DNA from: the human T2T-CHM13v2.0 reference genome, Homo sapiens
Direction: 5' to 3' (one strand)
DNA: 64,000 bases
Assembly (NCBI RefSeq): GCF_009914755.1
Contig: NC_060938.1
Positions 17,551-32,271 of this stretch are shown one piece after another. The notes under the pieces were generated by a model. The model worked only from the letters and a program-made list of their open reading frames with translations. It was not told the origin of the DNA and did not search any database. Each line of letters opens with the position of its first letter. Within the stretch, counting starts at the first letter, position 1. Position numbers and translations under genes: made by a program.

Positions 17551-17590
17551 CTGCCAGAGTCAGAGAGTGAAGGGGTGAGGCCAGGGAAGA
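17551..17590 (-). promoter_or_regulatory. DPF3: 3' splice site of exon 2: polypyrimidine tract and candidate branch point
   Basis: Minus strand reads ttccctggcctcaccccttcactctctgactctggcag. The yUnAy branch candidate CTCAC has its A at 17576 (-26), and there is no competing AG until 17592. Confidence 0.75.
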
Positions 17591-18720
17591 CTGAAACACA
17601 CCCAGAGGGAAACACACCCAGAGGGAAACACACCTCCCTGGAAAGACTGAAGACCTCCCAGTTATGAAGACCAAGGCAATGAGCACCAAGAGCCTTGCCA
17701 ATGAGCAGAATGCAACTCAATGTCAGGTCTTGACTAGATTTTATTTTCTATCCCAAATCCACCAGGCAACTTAGAAACTCCTTTAACAAAGAGCATGGGC
17801 TTCCAAGGATGAATCACCAGTAAGAGAGAGCTGTCCATGTTCTAGGAAGCATGAGGTCCCACTCCAGAAGGGAAGTAGCTCTGGAACAACCTTCTGCATG
17901 GAATCTAGAGGACATCACACTTCTAGAACCTCCTCACTCATATTAGCTACATTTTATTCTCAGAGGTCACCAGCAAAGGCACTCTAGGTGAACCCAAATC
18001 ACCAGCAAAGATACTCAGTTTTCCATTACAACAGAAGAGAAACACTCCATATAAACAAAAACTAGGACAGAAAAAACATTCTATAAAAGTAGGGAAATTG
18101 CAGGAAGAAGGGGGTGTAGAGGAACAGGCACCAATCTTTTAAAACCATATTACTTAAAGAAAAATAACTTTCCGATAGAAAACAAACAGAATTCAACAAT
18201 TTTAAATTCAAAATAATTCAACTCATGGAGTTTAAAAAACAAATAGAAAGACCTTTCTGGTTTGCTAGACTGAGAATCTGATTAAGCACAGTATATTTTA
18301 CGTTCCTGACTCTTTGGTATTTTTGGACACGTGGTGATGCTACTAATTTTAAGGTAGTGTCCTTTTCAAAGACCAAAAATGGAGCATTGATATAATTGAT
18401 CAAATGCAAAGCACTAAAATAATCAATGAGATCAAATACCTACCAAATAAAACATAGGCACAGGTTAATAAATGCCTCAAAGAAATACAAATGTAATAAC
18501 ATAACTTATGCCAGGTAAATTCAAGCCTCTTACTGGGGTCGGGGGGCAGTGGACGCAAAGGAGTGGAGTGTGGGAAGAAGAAGTAGGAAGGGAAGGAGCC
18601 ACAGAGTTCACAGGGGCAAAAGGGAGAATCAAGTGTTTATTCTGAAGCAACATTATGATATCTTTTTGTTTTGGTTCTATGTAGATTTCAGAAAGCCAAA
18701 ATGAGAGGGGAAGTCTCTAA

Positions 18721-20122
<1,402 letters not shown>

Positions 20123-23100
20123 TTAGAAAGCAAAGTTTTAAATGCACTTTTCTATACTCTTTTTAAAAAGTCAACGGGTCAGGTTCTAACAAAGAGCTTA
20201 AAGCAAATATCTTACTGTGGGAAAACACAACCCTGGAAGCTTCTGAGGCATCATTTGGAAATTACTTGTTGACAAGCATCCAAAAAAAAACAAACAACAA
20301 AACAAAAACCCTTTGCTCCTTTTTCACCTCTGAACATCTTCACATTCATAAGGGAGGCATAATACGCTCAGAAAGTGTCCTGGCAGTTGCAAAACCAAAC
20401 TGTAATCAAATTGTAATAGTCACACAGCTGGAAATGAATTGGGGAGGGGAGATGAAAGCCCATTACAATGCTATAAAACTGAATGGCACATAAGCTGATG
20501 TAATCAAAGCTGGTAACAAGGATCATGAGATTGATCAAAAATAAAGAACCACTTTTTACAAAGTGTTTGTGTCACACCAGCTTAAATGCTTCCTTCTGCT
20601 ATGGCGATGTAGCTCAGTGGAACAGAACTTTCACAGGCAGCTTGGCCCAGACAAGATGACCCAGGCTGTTCAGGGTATCCTGGATGCTCCAGCCCCCACC
20701 CATGAAACAGCAAGCAGCCATACCACATCGATAGAGAACTGACAAGAACATTTGACAGAGAGGTGTCCAACGTGAGAGCAGCAATCTGTTTTCCCAGGAC
20801 CTTCTGACAGACTGCCAAAAAAAAAAGATGTTAATTATCCCAACCTCAGAAATTCTGCTGAAAAGAGAACCCATAAAATCAGGCCCCCCAAAAAAACAAA
20901 ATGAAAAATTGTATAGCAAAACTCATCTACTGGAGATGATCACTTTCAAAATAAATTTCTGGAAACCAATACAAAAGAAATCTACACAGTAGGATTCCAA
21001 ATTGGACTTGTCCTAATATGCTAGTAACTCACTTCCAACAGCGTCAATCCAGACAAGAGGAACAAGAAACTGAACTTGCTAAAAATGCAAAGTGAGGTTG
21101 GCCAACACTGGTGCTCCACACCAACTGGATCGAGAATGTCAAACAAAGTGGCACACTGGGCGAAAATTAATTTCATCTTAAATACTTTCTACTTTCATAA
21201 CATGCAATGTTATTAGTTACAAGCATGCTGGGGGAAAATGTATATTTCTAAATATAATCTTTGTGTGAATGATACCTGTCTTATGTAAACAGAAAAGACT
21301 TTCTGTGGACTGGAACAACTGTATTAAAGATCGAAGCTGCAAAAACATGACATTCAACAGCCCCTCTACCATCATCTCCAGGGAAGTCCTTTTAAACAGA
21401 CCAGGTGTTGGCAGAGATTCGGAACCAAAATTTAAAGCCTTTTTCAAGATATAAGAGGAGAAAAGAGATTTCATCCTCCCTGATAAATTCAAGAAGCACT
21501 TCTCCAAAAGTTAATTAGCCAAAATCGTCACAGGGCTTGCTATGCTCTCTAGAAGAAAATCAATGACTAGTTCTCCCTAACCCGTAGAAAGCAATTTAAA
21601 CAGCAGAGGACAAATGTCCTTTCCAACATGGTATTTCTGCCAAAAAAAAAAAAAAAAATCCCACAATGATGGGATCCCAGGAGTGACATTTACATTAAAG
21701 TTGAAGGCGTCAGATGGAGCAGGGAAAGGCTGGCAGCAAATGACTCATCTGTGGAGTGGTGACCAGTGTACCCTGGGTTGGATCACACATGGGACAGTCC
21801 CAGCCATCACCTGCATGCACCAAACTGAGGGGGCTGGATCCCCAAGGGATGATTGATGTCTTAGGCTAGAGGAAGCTGGCACAAGGCAGGGTAGAATGAT
21901 GTTCTTATCAACAACTGACTTCAGGCTACTCAAGGCTGCAATCAGAAATAGGAAAGGCAAGGGAAACAAATTGCTGGGCTCCCCAGGCTCCCCAGACAGC
22001 ATTCTGGTTGCAGCAGTGCTGGCTGCCTAGTTCTAGGGGGCTTTGTGAGTGATGGAGGTCCTTCTGTGATCCCATCTGAATTGAGAAGCCAGCCCAGCTC
22101 TGAGAGCTGAGTGTTTCTACATGAGATTTCCAGCAACCCTCCTTGAGCCTATCTGTGGAGATGGACTCCAGGGGGCCAAAGAAGACTCAGAATGGGAAAG
22201 ATGAGACTTCTCCAAAGTGACTGCCAACCAGGCTCCAAATGTGATTTTTCAGAGCCCATCAATCACAACCCCTCTAAGACCCTCTGCTCCTCTTCCTCCA
22301 ACCTCCTGCTCTCAAGACCACACCTGCTTGCTCCGATTTCTCAGATCACTCTCAGGTCCAGCCAGACACCTGGGCTCCTCCCTTTCACTGTCTCTCTGGT
22401 TCTGTGCTCTGACCTGAGGACAGGTGTCCTGCCATACCAGAAATGTGAGTCCAATAGCAAGTTTCTCATCTTCTGCCAGAAGCCTGCTCCCGCCCACTCA
22501 AGTCTCAATCCTCCTAGGGGCGGGGGTGGGGGTGGGGGCCGAGGCTATGCTGCCCTCCCTCTCCCTAGCAACTTGGCCTTGACTCTCCCCTTGCCTTCAA
22601 ACCATCTGGAACTGAGTTATTTCATTTATCAGGAAGTCGTCCTTTCTCTCCACTCCCCCTGTGTGGCCCCAAGTCCCCTTTGCTGTGTAAACAGGACCTT
22701 GGCCCATCACTACTATCTGTGCACAGAAGCAGAGATAAGCAGAGCTGAAGAGAAGCCCTGGCCTGTGGCAGGATTGTGGGGGCTCTCCTTCCCCCAGAGG
22801 CGCCTCTTCCTCACTGTGGGCACCAAGTTTTCCTGCTGTCTCACTCAGCTGTTCACACCGCCAGAGCCGCCCACAAACACACACGAAAGCTCATCTACAC
22901 CAATATGCTAACTTCCTGCTATTTGCATTTAAACATGTTTAACTCAAACTGTTCATGGAAAGCTCCGTCTCCCATTTAGTCTTTTAGAATAACTGGCACA
23001 CAGGGGGCAATATCTGGCAAGGTGCGGGAAAGTTTTTATTTTCCTTGAAGTGGTCCTGTTCCTAATGCATCTCTTGAAAGAAGACCAAGTTTAGTGTTTG

Positions 23101-23200
23101 TTACAGACTGAATTGTGTCGTTCCTCCTCACAGAAAAAATCCACATGTTGAAGGCCTAACCCTCAATGTGATGGTGTTTGGAGATGGAGCATTTGGGAGG

Positions 23201-23611
23201 TGATATCATTTGATATTTACCCCTGCCCAAATCTCATGTTGAATTGTAATCCCCAACTCTGGGGGTGGGGCCTAGTGGGAGGTGTTTAGATCATGTGGGC
23301 ACATCCCTCATGGCTTGGTGCTGTCTTCGTGATAGCAAGTGAGTTCTTGCAAGATCTGGTCATTTAAAAGTGTATGGTGCCTCCCTGCTGACTCTCTCTC
23401 TCTTGCTCCTGTTTTTGTCATGTGACATGCCTCCTCCCCCTTTGCCTTCTGCCATGATTGTAAGTTTCCTGAGGGCTCCCCAGAAGCCAAGCAGATGCCA
23501 GCACTGTGCTTCCTGTACAGCCTGCAGAACGATGAGCCAATTAAACCTGTTCTTTATAAATTACCAAATCTCAGGTATTTCTTTATAGCAATACAAGAAT
23601 GGCCTAATCCA
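23201..23611 (+). mobile_element. MSTA-like MaLR solo LTR
   Basis: tgatat...ctaatcca with 5-bp TSD GGAGG (23196-23200 / 23612-23616). Confidence 0.85.
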
Positions 23612-23837
23612 GGAGGTAATCAGGTCAGGAGGATGGAGCCCTCATGATGGGATTAGGGCCCATATAAGGCAGAGACATGAGCAAGCTCTCTCACTCTCTC
23701 AATCTCTGCCATGAGAGGACACAAAAAGGCAGCTGTATGTGAGCTATAAGGAGGACTCTTACCTGGAATCTGACCCTGCTAGCACCCTCATCTTGAACTT
23801 CCCAGCCTCCAGAACTGTGACAGACAATTATTTAAGC

Positions 23838-24330
23838 CAGGGGTCCCAAACCCCTGGGCCACAGAGCAGTACCAGTCCATGCCTGTTAGGAACTGGGTGG
23901 CACAGCAGGAGGTGAGCTGTGGGGTACAAGTGAGCATTGCTGCCTGAGCTCTGCCTCCTGTCAGATCAATGGCAGCACTAGAGTCTCATAGAAGCGCAAA
24001 CCCTACTGTGAACTGCACATATGAGGGATCTAGGTTGCCCACTCCTTATGAGAATCTAATGCTTGATGATCTGTCACTGTCTCCCATCAACCCCAGATGA
24101 GACTGTCTAGTTGCAGGAAAACAAGCTCAGAGCTCCCACTGATTCTACATTATAGTGAGTTGTAAAATTATTTCATTACATATTACAATGTAATAATAAC
24201 AGAAATAAGGTGCACAATAAATGTAATGCACTTGAATCATCCCAAAACCATCCCCTCCCCGACCCCAGTCGGTGGAAAAATGATCTTCCATGAAACCAGT
24301 CCCTGGTGCCAGAAAGGTTGGGGACTTCCG
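23838..24330 (+). mobile_element. MER1A (hAT-Charlie)
   Basis: Terminal inverted repeats caggggtcccaaacc / ggttggggacttccg and 8-bp TSD atttaagc / gtttaagc. Confidence 0.85.
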
Positions 24331-25639
24331 GTTTAAGCTACCCAGTCTATGCCATTTTAATACAGCAGCTGGACATGACTGAGGAAGTGTTTCTGGATGT
24401 TTCCCAAAAAAGGGCTAAGGAGGACAGGTGAGAGAGATTCCAATCCCCTTTCCTTCCACATTTTTTCTTCTTCTAACAAAGACAACAATAATAACACTAT
24501 AATATCAATTTCAACTCAATTCAATGTTTAGTATTTGTCTTCTCTACTAGACTATAAACTCCATGAGGGCAGAGGCCACATCTGCAGAGCCACTGCACAC
24601 AGACACTCAGGCTGAACAACTCCAGCAAGTACCATTCACATCAGCGTCAATATGAAGGCCACCCCCTGGAGTGGTGGAGCCCAGCACTCCTGCATACCTG
24701 CCTGGCCTTCTTGCTGATTTACCCGCAGTGTTCAGCACAGAGCCTGGCACATAACAGGTGCCCAGTAAGTCTCCATTGAAAAGCATTTGACAACTCACAT
24801 TCCACTCACCTAGGGCAGGCATTTAAATTACAGCAGGAAGGCTAATGTGGCATGCTTGTGCACAGTCTGCAGAGTCTGTGACTGGCAATTTAAACTGGAT
24901 GGCTGTCCACTTGCAGCTTCAGAAAAACATTGAGAGAATGTCTGCATTCACTCTCCTGTAGTCCTCATCACCCAGCACCTGGGACATTGCAGCACTGGGT
25001 GGCCTAACTGCAAGCGCTATAGCCCTACTCTTACCCATCCTGACAAAAGGAATTCTCCCTGAAACTCAGTGTTTAGTCTTTCAAACTCCTCAGTGTAGAA
25101 CCCAAGATGGCTCCCAATGGTGCCCAGGTTCCTCTGCTGGGCTGGGGATGCACCCGGAAAAACTATGTATTGGGGTAAAGTGGAAAATCAAGACTTGGAA
25201 TTGGTCATGTCTGAGTCCAGCTCCACCTCTTAATAGCTACACAACCCTCAGCAAGTTACTTACCCTCCCTGGGCCTAAATTCTACTACTCACAATATGGG
25301 TAATATAATCTCTACTTCAGACCTGAGAAAATTTAATAAGCTAGAACCTCTGGCACACAGACATAAAAGTCTGCAATCAATAGCCATTCCTTTCTCCTTC
25401 CCCAAAGTGCAGTACTTGCTGCCACTTTGTGGCATGACCCTCTGCCTGAGCAGGCTGATACCCACCATGTGATGCAACACTCACTATTGCGGTGTCCTTG
25501 AGGCTGTCGGGGACCCACTCAAACCTCTGTCCCAGGACAGAAGGCCTCTGGGTCACCAAGGCTGAGCCTCAGGCATCCAGGAGAGCAGGGCAGCTGATGC
25601 ATGGTGACCCCAGCAATCCACCCAAGGACTGCCCTAAGC

Positions 25640-25747
25640 ACAGAGACCACATCTGGCTTGTTTACTGCTCTCTCCCAAAGCCTAGTACATGCTGGGTCAT
25701 GCCTGCCACATTGGGTAAATGATGAATGAATGAGTGAATGAATGAAT
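25640..25747 (+). mobile_element. L2 3' end
   Basis: cacagagaccacatctggcttgtttactgct...(TGAA)n tail. Confidence 0.6.
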
Positions 25748-27856
25748 CCTCCTCTGACCCCCCTGCATATATGAAACAGACAGCCCTACCCCTGAATCTC
25801 AACAAAACACTTTACTTATATCCTTCCTCCCACCTGGAATTTTTGTATTCTGTCCTTGTCCTGGCTGATCTTAGCCTAGTCAAGAGCTGGCTGAAAACTT
25901 GCTTCTTCCAGGAAGGTTCACAGGTTATCTCTACCAGTAGGGTTTGCTCTCTGGCTTCTCTGAGCTACCTTATCTGTCTTACTTTATTTTTGATGGTCTT
26001 TGCCACCTTCCTTATCTCTGCTCACTTAATTAGATTGGAAGTATCTTAAAGACAGGAACTGAGAGCTATGTGCTTGCATGCTACCCAACCATGCACAGTA
26101 CTGGGAATGTAGAAGCATGTGATAGATACATTGCTTGACTGAACTATCATGTCATCCTCAGCAAACTAATGAAAGCTTCACAGTTGAGAGGTGCTTGGAA
26201 CGTTCTAACTTTCTCCATGGGAACATGAGGTGAGCCTGAAGTTATCTGGCTACTTCTCCAGAGCCCAGGATTAGGCATCTGAAAATAGATATCCTCCAAG
26301 TTCAAATCCTATTGAGTTTTTTCCCATATCCTTAAAAAAAGGTCACTTCAGCTCCTGAGATTTTCATTTCTCCATGTGCAAATTCATGCTACCCTGCAAG
26401 GTGCCACAGAACTGACATTCTCCTTCTCTGAACTTTACAAGAAGCTCACTGAATTCTCAATGCTGCTGACATCAGACCTATGCCAGGAGAACCAGCTCCT
26501 TCTCTGCATGGGTAGAAATGCCCTTCTTGTGCTTAGTGAGAATGCCATCACCACATGCTCCAAAAGAATGCTCTCAAACTCAGGATTGTGAAAGAATCGC
26601 TAAGGGGTGGGAAGCTGTGCAATTCTGATTCTAGAGGCTTGGGATGTGATCCAGACATCAGCTCCCCAGTGATCCTGAGAAATATGAGACTAGCTGATCT
26701 AAAGATAGCTCCCCAACCTCTAAAACAAGGGCATGAATGAGAGGGGACTTGTGTTGCTCCTCAGCCACCATGTTTGAATGGCAGAGCTGGACGGCCCAGT
26801 TAGCAGACTTTGTTTCATTCAGCTGGTTTTGTTTCTGTGGGAAAACTTCTTTCAGGCAGCTGGCATGGATTACCCTGGCAGCACTAACCTGCAGCAGACT
26901 AATCCCACAAAAGTCCTCATCCCTAACAAAATTGCCAAAAGCCCTGGTCAAGGCAAATGTATGAAGATCTGACATCCTTAGTCATTCTGTGGGTGGCTCT
27001 GACCTTCAAAACATCTCAGGAAGGGCACATTGGGGACAAAGGTATCCCTTGGGAAAGTTATGTCCGACAAACAGCTTGAACCCTAAAACATCCATCATGA
27101 CTTCGATGTGGCTCAGTCTGATGTTCAGGCCCAGTAGACCCAATAAATCCCTTTTCCAGCATCTACCCTGGTGAAGACTTTTCAGGGACTTATTATGCAA
27201 AGCTGCCTAAGCAAGACAGAATTTATATTGAACCTGGCCATGATTTCTGAGCCGCCACTGGGTGTTCTGATGACATACACATCTCGAGGTTGAAGTCAAG
27301 GAGCTGCCAAGGACATGAGACTGGTGGCAGGATAAAAGCAGTGTGATTCCTTCCAGTAAATAATGGTGGGGTGGCGGGGGAGGTGGGAAGGGGACGCTCC
27401 GGGGAGGAAGAGGACCGTAGCTTTTCTTGTACCCAAGGTTTGCCTTTCAAATGGCATCCAGACGTGACCAAATAAATCTCTCCTCTGGAGGCTAAAGAAT
27501 GTGTAGAATGCAACAAAAGTGAGGTGGTGGAGAAGCCTGCTTTATCTAGGGTGAATCATACCTAGAAAGAAAACATGCATCCGTCACAGAAATTTCATTG
27601 ATTGAGAAAATATTTTTAGTTTCCTGGTCCACAGACTGAGTCCTTCCTGAAACTCTCACTATGAGCTGGGCACTCGGATGTTGCCTCCTGAGTGTGATCG
27701 CCTATAGAAGCAGACTATTGATTAGAGAAAATTCTTAGACAAACAGATCCCCAGCCCTCATCTTTGCCACTGGAATGCAAAGGGTGCTGCCCTCCCCAGT
27801 AAAGGGAATATCGGTCTGGTATTTAACACGGCCACAAAGAACATGTTGTTCTATAG

Positions 27857-28180
<324 letters not shown>

Positions 28181-28208
28181 CCAGTGATCTTTTAAAAACA
28201 GAAATCAG

Positions 28209-28553
<345 letters not shown>

Positions 28554-30332
28554 TCACTGCACTCAGAGCAAAATCCAAACTCCTTCCCATGGCTACAGGT
28601 CCCCAGGCTGGCTGGGCTCACCTTTCCTGCTTCATCCTGTCCCCTGCCTCCTTCCCCGCTGGGCTCCATCCTCACTGCACTCCTTTCTGTTCCTCTTCTA
28701 TACTAAGGGTATCTCACCTCAGGACCTTTGCATATGCCATCTCCTCTACCTGGCATGACATGCTTCTCCCAGATCTTCTTGTAGCTGACTGCTCCTCTGA
28801 GATGTCTTCTTAGGTTCACCCTATCTGGAAGTAGCCCACCCCACCCCAACCCTGCCCTACCCTTTGCTATCTCATATACTTTATTTTTTTCATAACACCA
28901 CTATCAAAGTTTTTCTCTTTGCCTACTGATCATCTATACACAACTAAATTGCAAGTGCCACGAGAGCAGCGTCCTTGTCTCATCAGATTCCCAGCCCCCA
29001 ACGCAAGACTTGGCACATAGGAAATGCTCGACACATATCACTCAACAGAAAAATGAAAGCTCTAGGCCCACCTGCAACTGACAGCTTGAATGATACCGAA
29101 TCCTGGCCTTGTAGAAGGCTGGAAGTCAGTGCTGGCAGGAGACCCCCAGCACAGGGAATAAGAATCACACAGCTGCCACCACCTGATTCCTGGCCCTTTC
29201 TGCCCAACACAACATAAATGACAGCAGGTCAGTGGCACAGTCCACAGTCCACACTCAAATCTTGATCATGGCCACCCACATACCCCAAACCTGGAGAGAG
29301 ACTGGGGTGAGGTAGATAAACGATGCCATTCAAGACATCAGACATTGCTTTCTATGCCCAAAAGGCACATTCCAGGCCTGATATTGGCACCGGAAACTAG
29401 CAGTGCCAGAAGATGGTCTCCAACATACCCATCCCATGTCCCTCAAAGGGCCTCTCTCTGGACTAACCTCTTCTGCATGGTCTTTCCTGCAGAGCTGATC
29501 CGTGTCCTCCTGCAGAGCCCTGGGCCCACGGGTGGTGCCAGGGGCAGCGGCAGGATGGGGGTGGGGCTGCTTGACAGGAAATCAATGGGAACTGAAGGTC
29601 ATCCGGAGGGCGCAGTCTCCCCATCACGCACCTGCTGGCATGGGATTTGTGGTCCTGACCTCGCTTGGGGGCCTCTGCCCTCCTGTCAGAGTTGGTTAAA
29701 ATCAGCCTGCAGAAGCAAATGTCCTGCACACCAAATGATCTCCAGGCAGCCCTTCTAAGGGACATCCAGCCAAACAAAGAAGCACTGAGTCTCATTTCAC
29801 CCGCCGCAAAGTTGAGAGTCACCCCAATCTCTCTTGGCAGCCTCCTAGGAAAACTGTCTCAGACCTGCCATTTTTGGAGGCACATACTTGTAAATAGAAC
29901 AAAGCCAGACTGACCAAGAGGCTGGTTATGTCCCCAAACTTAAGTTGCCTGGTGGTGGAGGAAGTAAAAATACACTGGGAACCAAGATGACTGAAACTGA
30001 AATCTTGAGTGCACCCTAGAAATGCCTAAATCTGCCCTCAACACCTCTACATGCCAGGATAACGACAAAGGATACCAAAACCTCTGTACTGCCGGAGGGA
30101 AATCTCATTTTCTTCTCATCCCAAAAAATACTGGGGAGCTTGGCTGAATCTAGAATCTGATTTTCCTTCCCCCACTATACTTATTTTCCCAGGTTCCCAT
30201 TCTCCCTTGCTTCCCAGACCTTTCCCCTCTACCATCTTCTTTCCCAATTCGTCCACCTCATCAAGAGTCATTTATCATACAGGCCAGGAGCAAAGCGGTC
30301 AGCCTAAGTCTCCAATTCAAAAGTTGAAAATG

Positions 30333-30625
<293 letters not shown>

Positions 30626-30659
30626 GTTGAAAATGAATATGGTATGAAAATAAAGAAAA

Positions 30660-30802
30660 GGCCAGGCACAGCAGCTCATGCCTGGAATCCCAGCACTTTG
30701 GGAGGCCAAGGCAGGAGAATCACTTGAGGCCAGGAGTTGAATACCAGCCTGGGCAACATAGTGAGATCCCCGTCTCTACAAAAAAATAAAAAATAAAAAA
30801 AT
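30660..30802 (+). mobile_element. FLAM/Alu monomer
   Basis: Single arm with A-rich tail. Confidence 0.85.
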
Positions 30803-30874
30803 GTTTTAATGAAGAAGAGACACCCTGGACATATTTACAGAAGGATAACAGGATGCTGGTTATAGTAGCAATAG

Positions 30875-31120
30875 TGGCATAGCTAATATTTATTGAGCAT
30901 TTACTATGTGTGCCAGGCACTGTTCTAAGCACTTTACATGTATTATCCCCATACAACTTGTAATTGTATTATTCCCATACAACTCCATGATTTTATACCC
31001 ACCCCCTCACACACCCCACTTTACAGATTGGCAAACTGAGGCACAGAGAGTCTTACGTGATTTGCTAAGGATCTATGTGGCCTTGTTAATACATTACAGT
31101 CTTGCCAGAACCTTACTCTT
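30875..31120 (-). mobile_element. MIR
   Basis: atttattgagcatttactatgtgtgccaggcactgttctaagcactttacatg. Confidence 0.8.
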
Positions 31121-31635
31121 GGCCACTGCACTGTCAGCCTCTTACAAGGGCGCCATTACCCCCTCACAATGAGTTTTGCCTCCAGAACTAGAATAACCTG
31201 AACACTTCCTTTCTTGGAGGCACTAGAACACTTCCTTTCTTGGAGGTTTCTATCAGCATCACCAACTTGCTAGCTAATCTTAGCTATTTCTTTTCTTTGT
31301 GCCTCAGTATCCCAAACTGCCAAATAGCCCAGAAATAAACCTTCTTATCACAGAGCCACCTCTCAGTAACTCAAAAAAAGTTAATATGGGGCTTCCTGAA
31401 AATATGCCATCAGAGAAATACAAAATGTCATTATGCAGTTTAGAAACCAAATCCATCCCAAATGTGAGCAAGGGGCGATGGACTTGAAGAGGCCCTGTGG
31501 TTCTGAACATCAACTAAGGCAGAAAAAGAGAAATGCCAGAAAGTCATAAACTAAAGGGTCAGATTAAAGAATCCCAGAATGTTAGACACTGTCTAGTCTG
31601 GTGCCTGGTTTTATTGCAAAGGAAATCAATAACCA

Positions 31636-32004
<369 letters not shown>

Positions 32005-32047
32005 TCAGTCCAGACTCCTAGTTCAGGGATTCCTCCATCGTTTATGG

Positions 32048-32271
32048 CAAGGGTCAACAAACTACAGCCCCTCGGCCAAACATAGCCCAGGACTAATTTT
32101 TGTAAATAAAGTTTTATGGGAGGCAAGCCATGCCCATCCGTTTACATATTGTCTGTGGCAGCTTTTGTGCTGAAATGACAGAGTCGAGTAGTTCCAACAG
32201 AGACCATGTGGCCTGCAAAGCCTAAAATATTTACCATCTGGACCTTTACAGAAAAAGTTTGCCGACTCCTG
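32048..32271 (+). mobile_element. MER58A (hAT-Charlie)
   Basis: TIRs caagggtcaacaaact / agtttgccgactcctg, internal tttgtaaataaagttttat. Confidence 0.85.

Larger units (their letters stand above)
23099..24385 (+). mobile_element. MLT1A-like LTR split into three pieces by MSTA and MER1
   Basis: tgttacagactgaattgtgtc start. Pieces 23099-23200, 23612-23837 and 24331-24385 join into a continuous MLT1. Confidence 0.75.

Noticed and set aside
16974-17720. 248-aa minus-strand ORF
   Set aside because: Only 17390-17550 is DPF3-like and bounded by canonical splice sites. The flanks are chance open intron, ending in a MIR.
22192-22911. 239-aa + strand ORF (and the similar 226-aa ORF at 36255-36935)
   Set aside because: No homology recognised and no splice or Kozak support. 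The second ORF spans MIR and LTR remnants.
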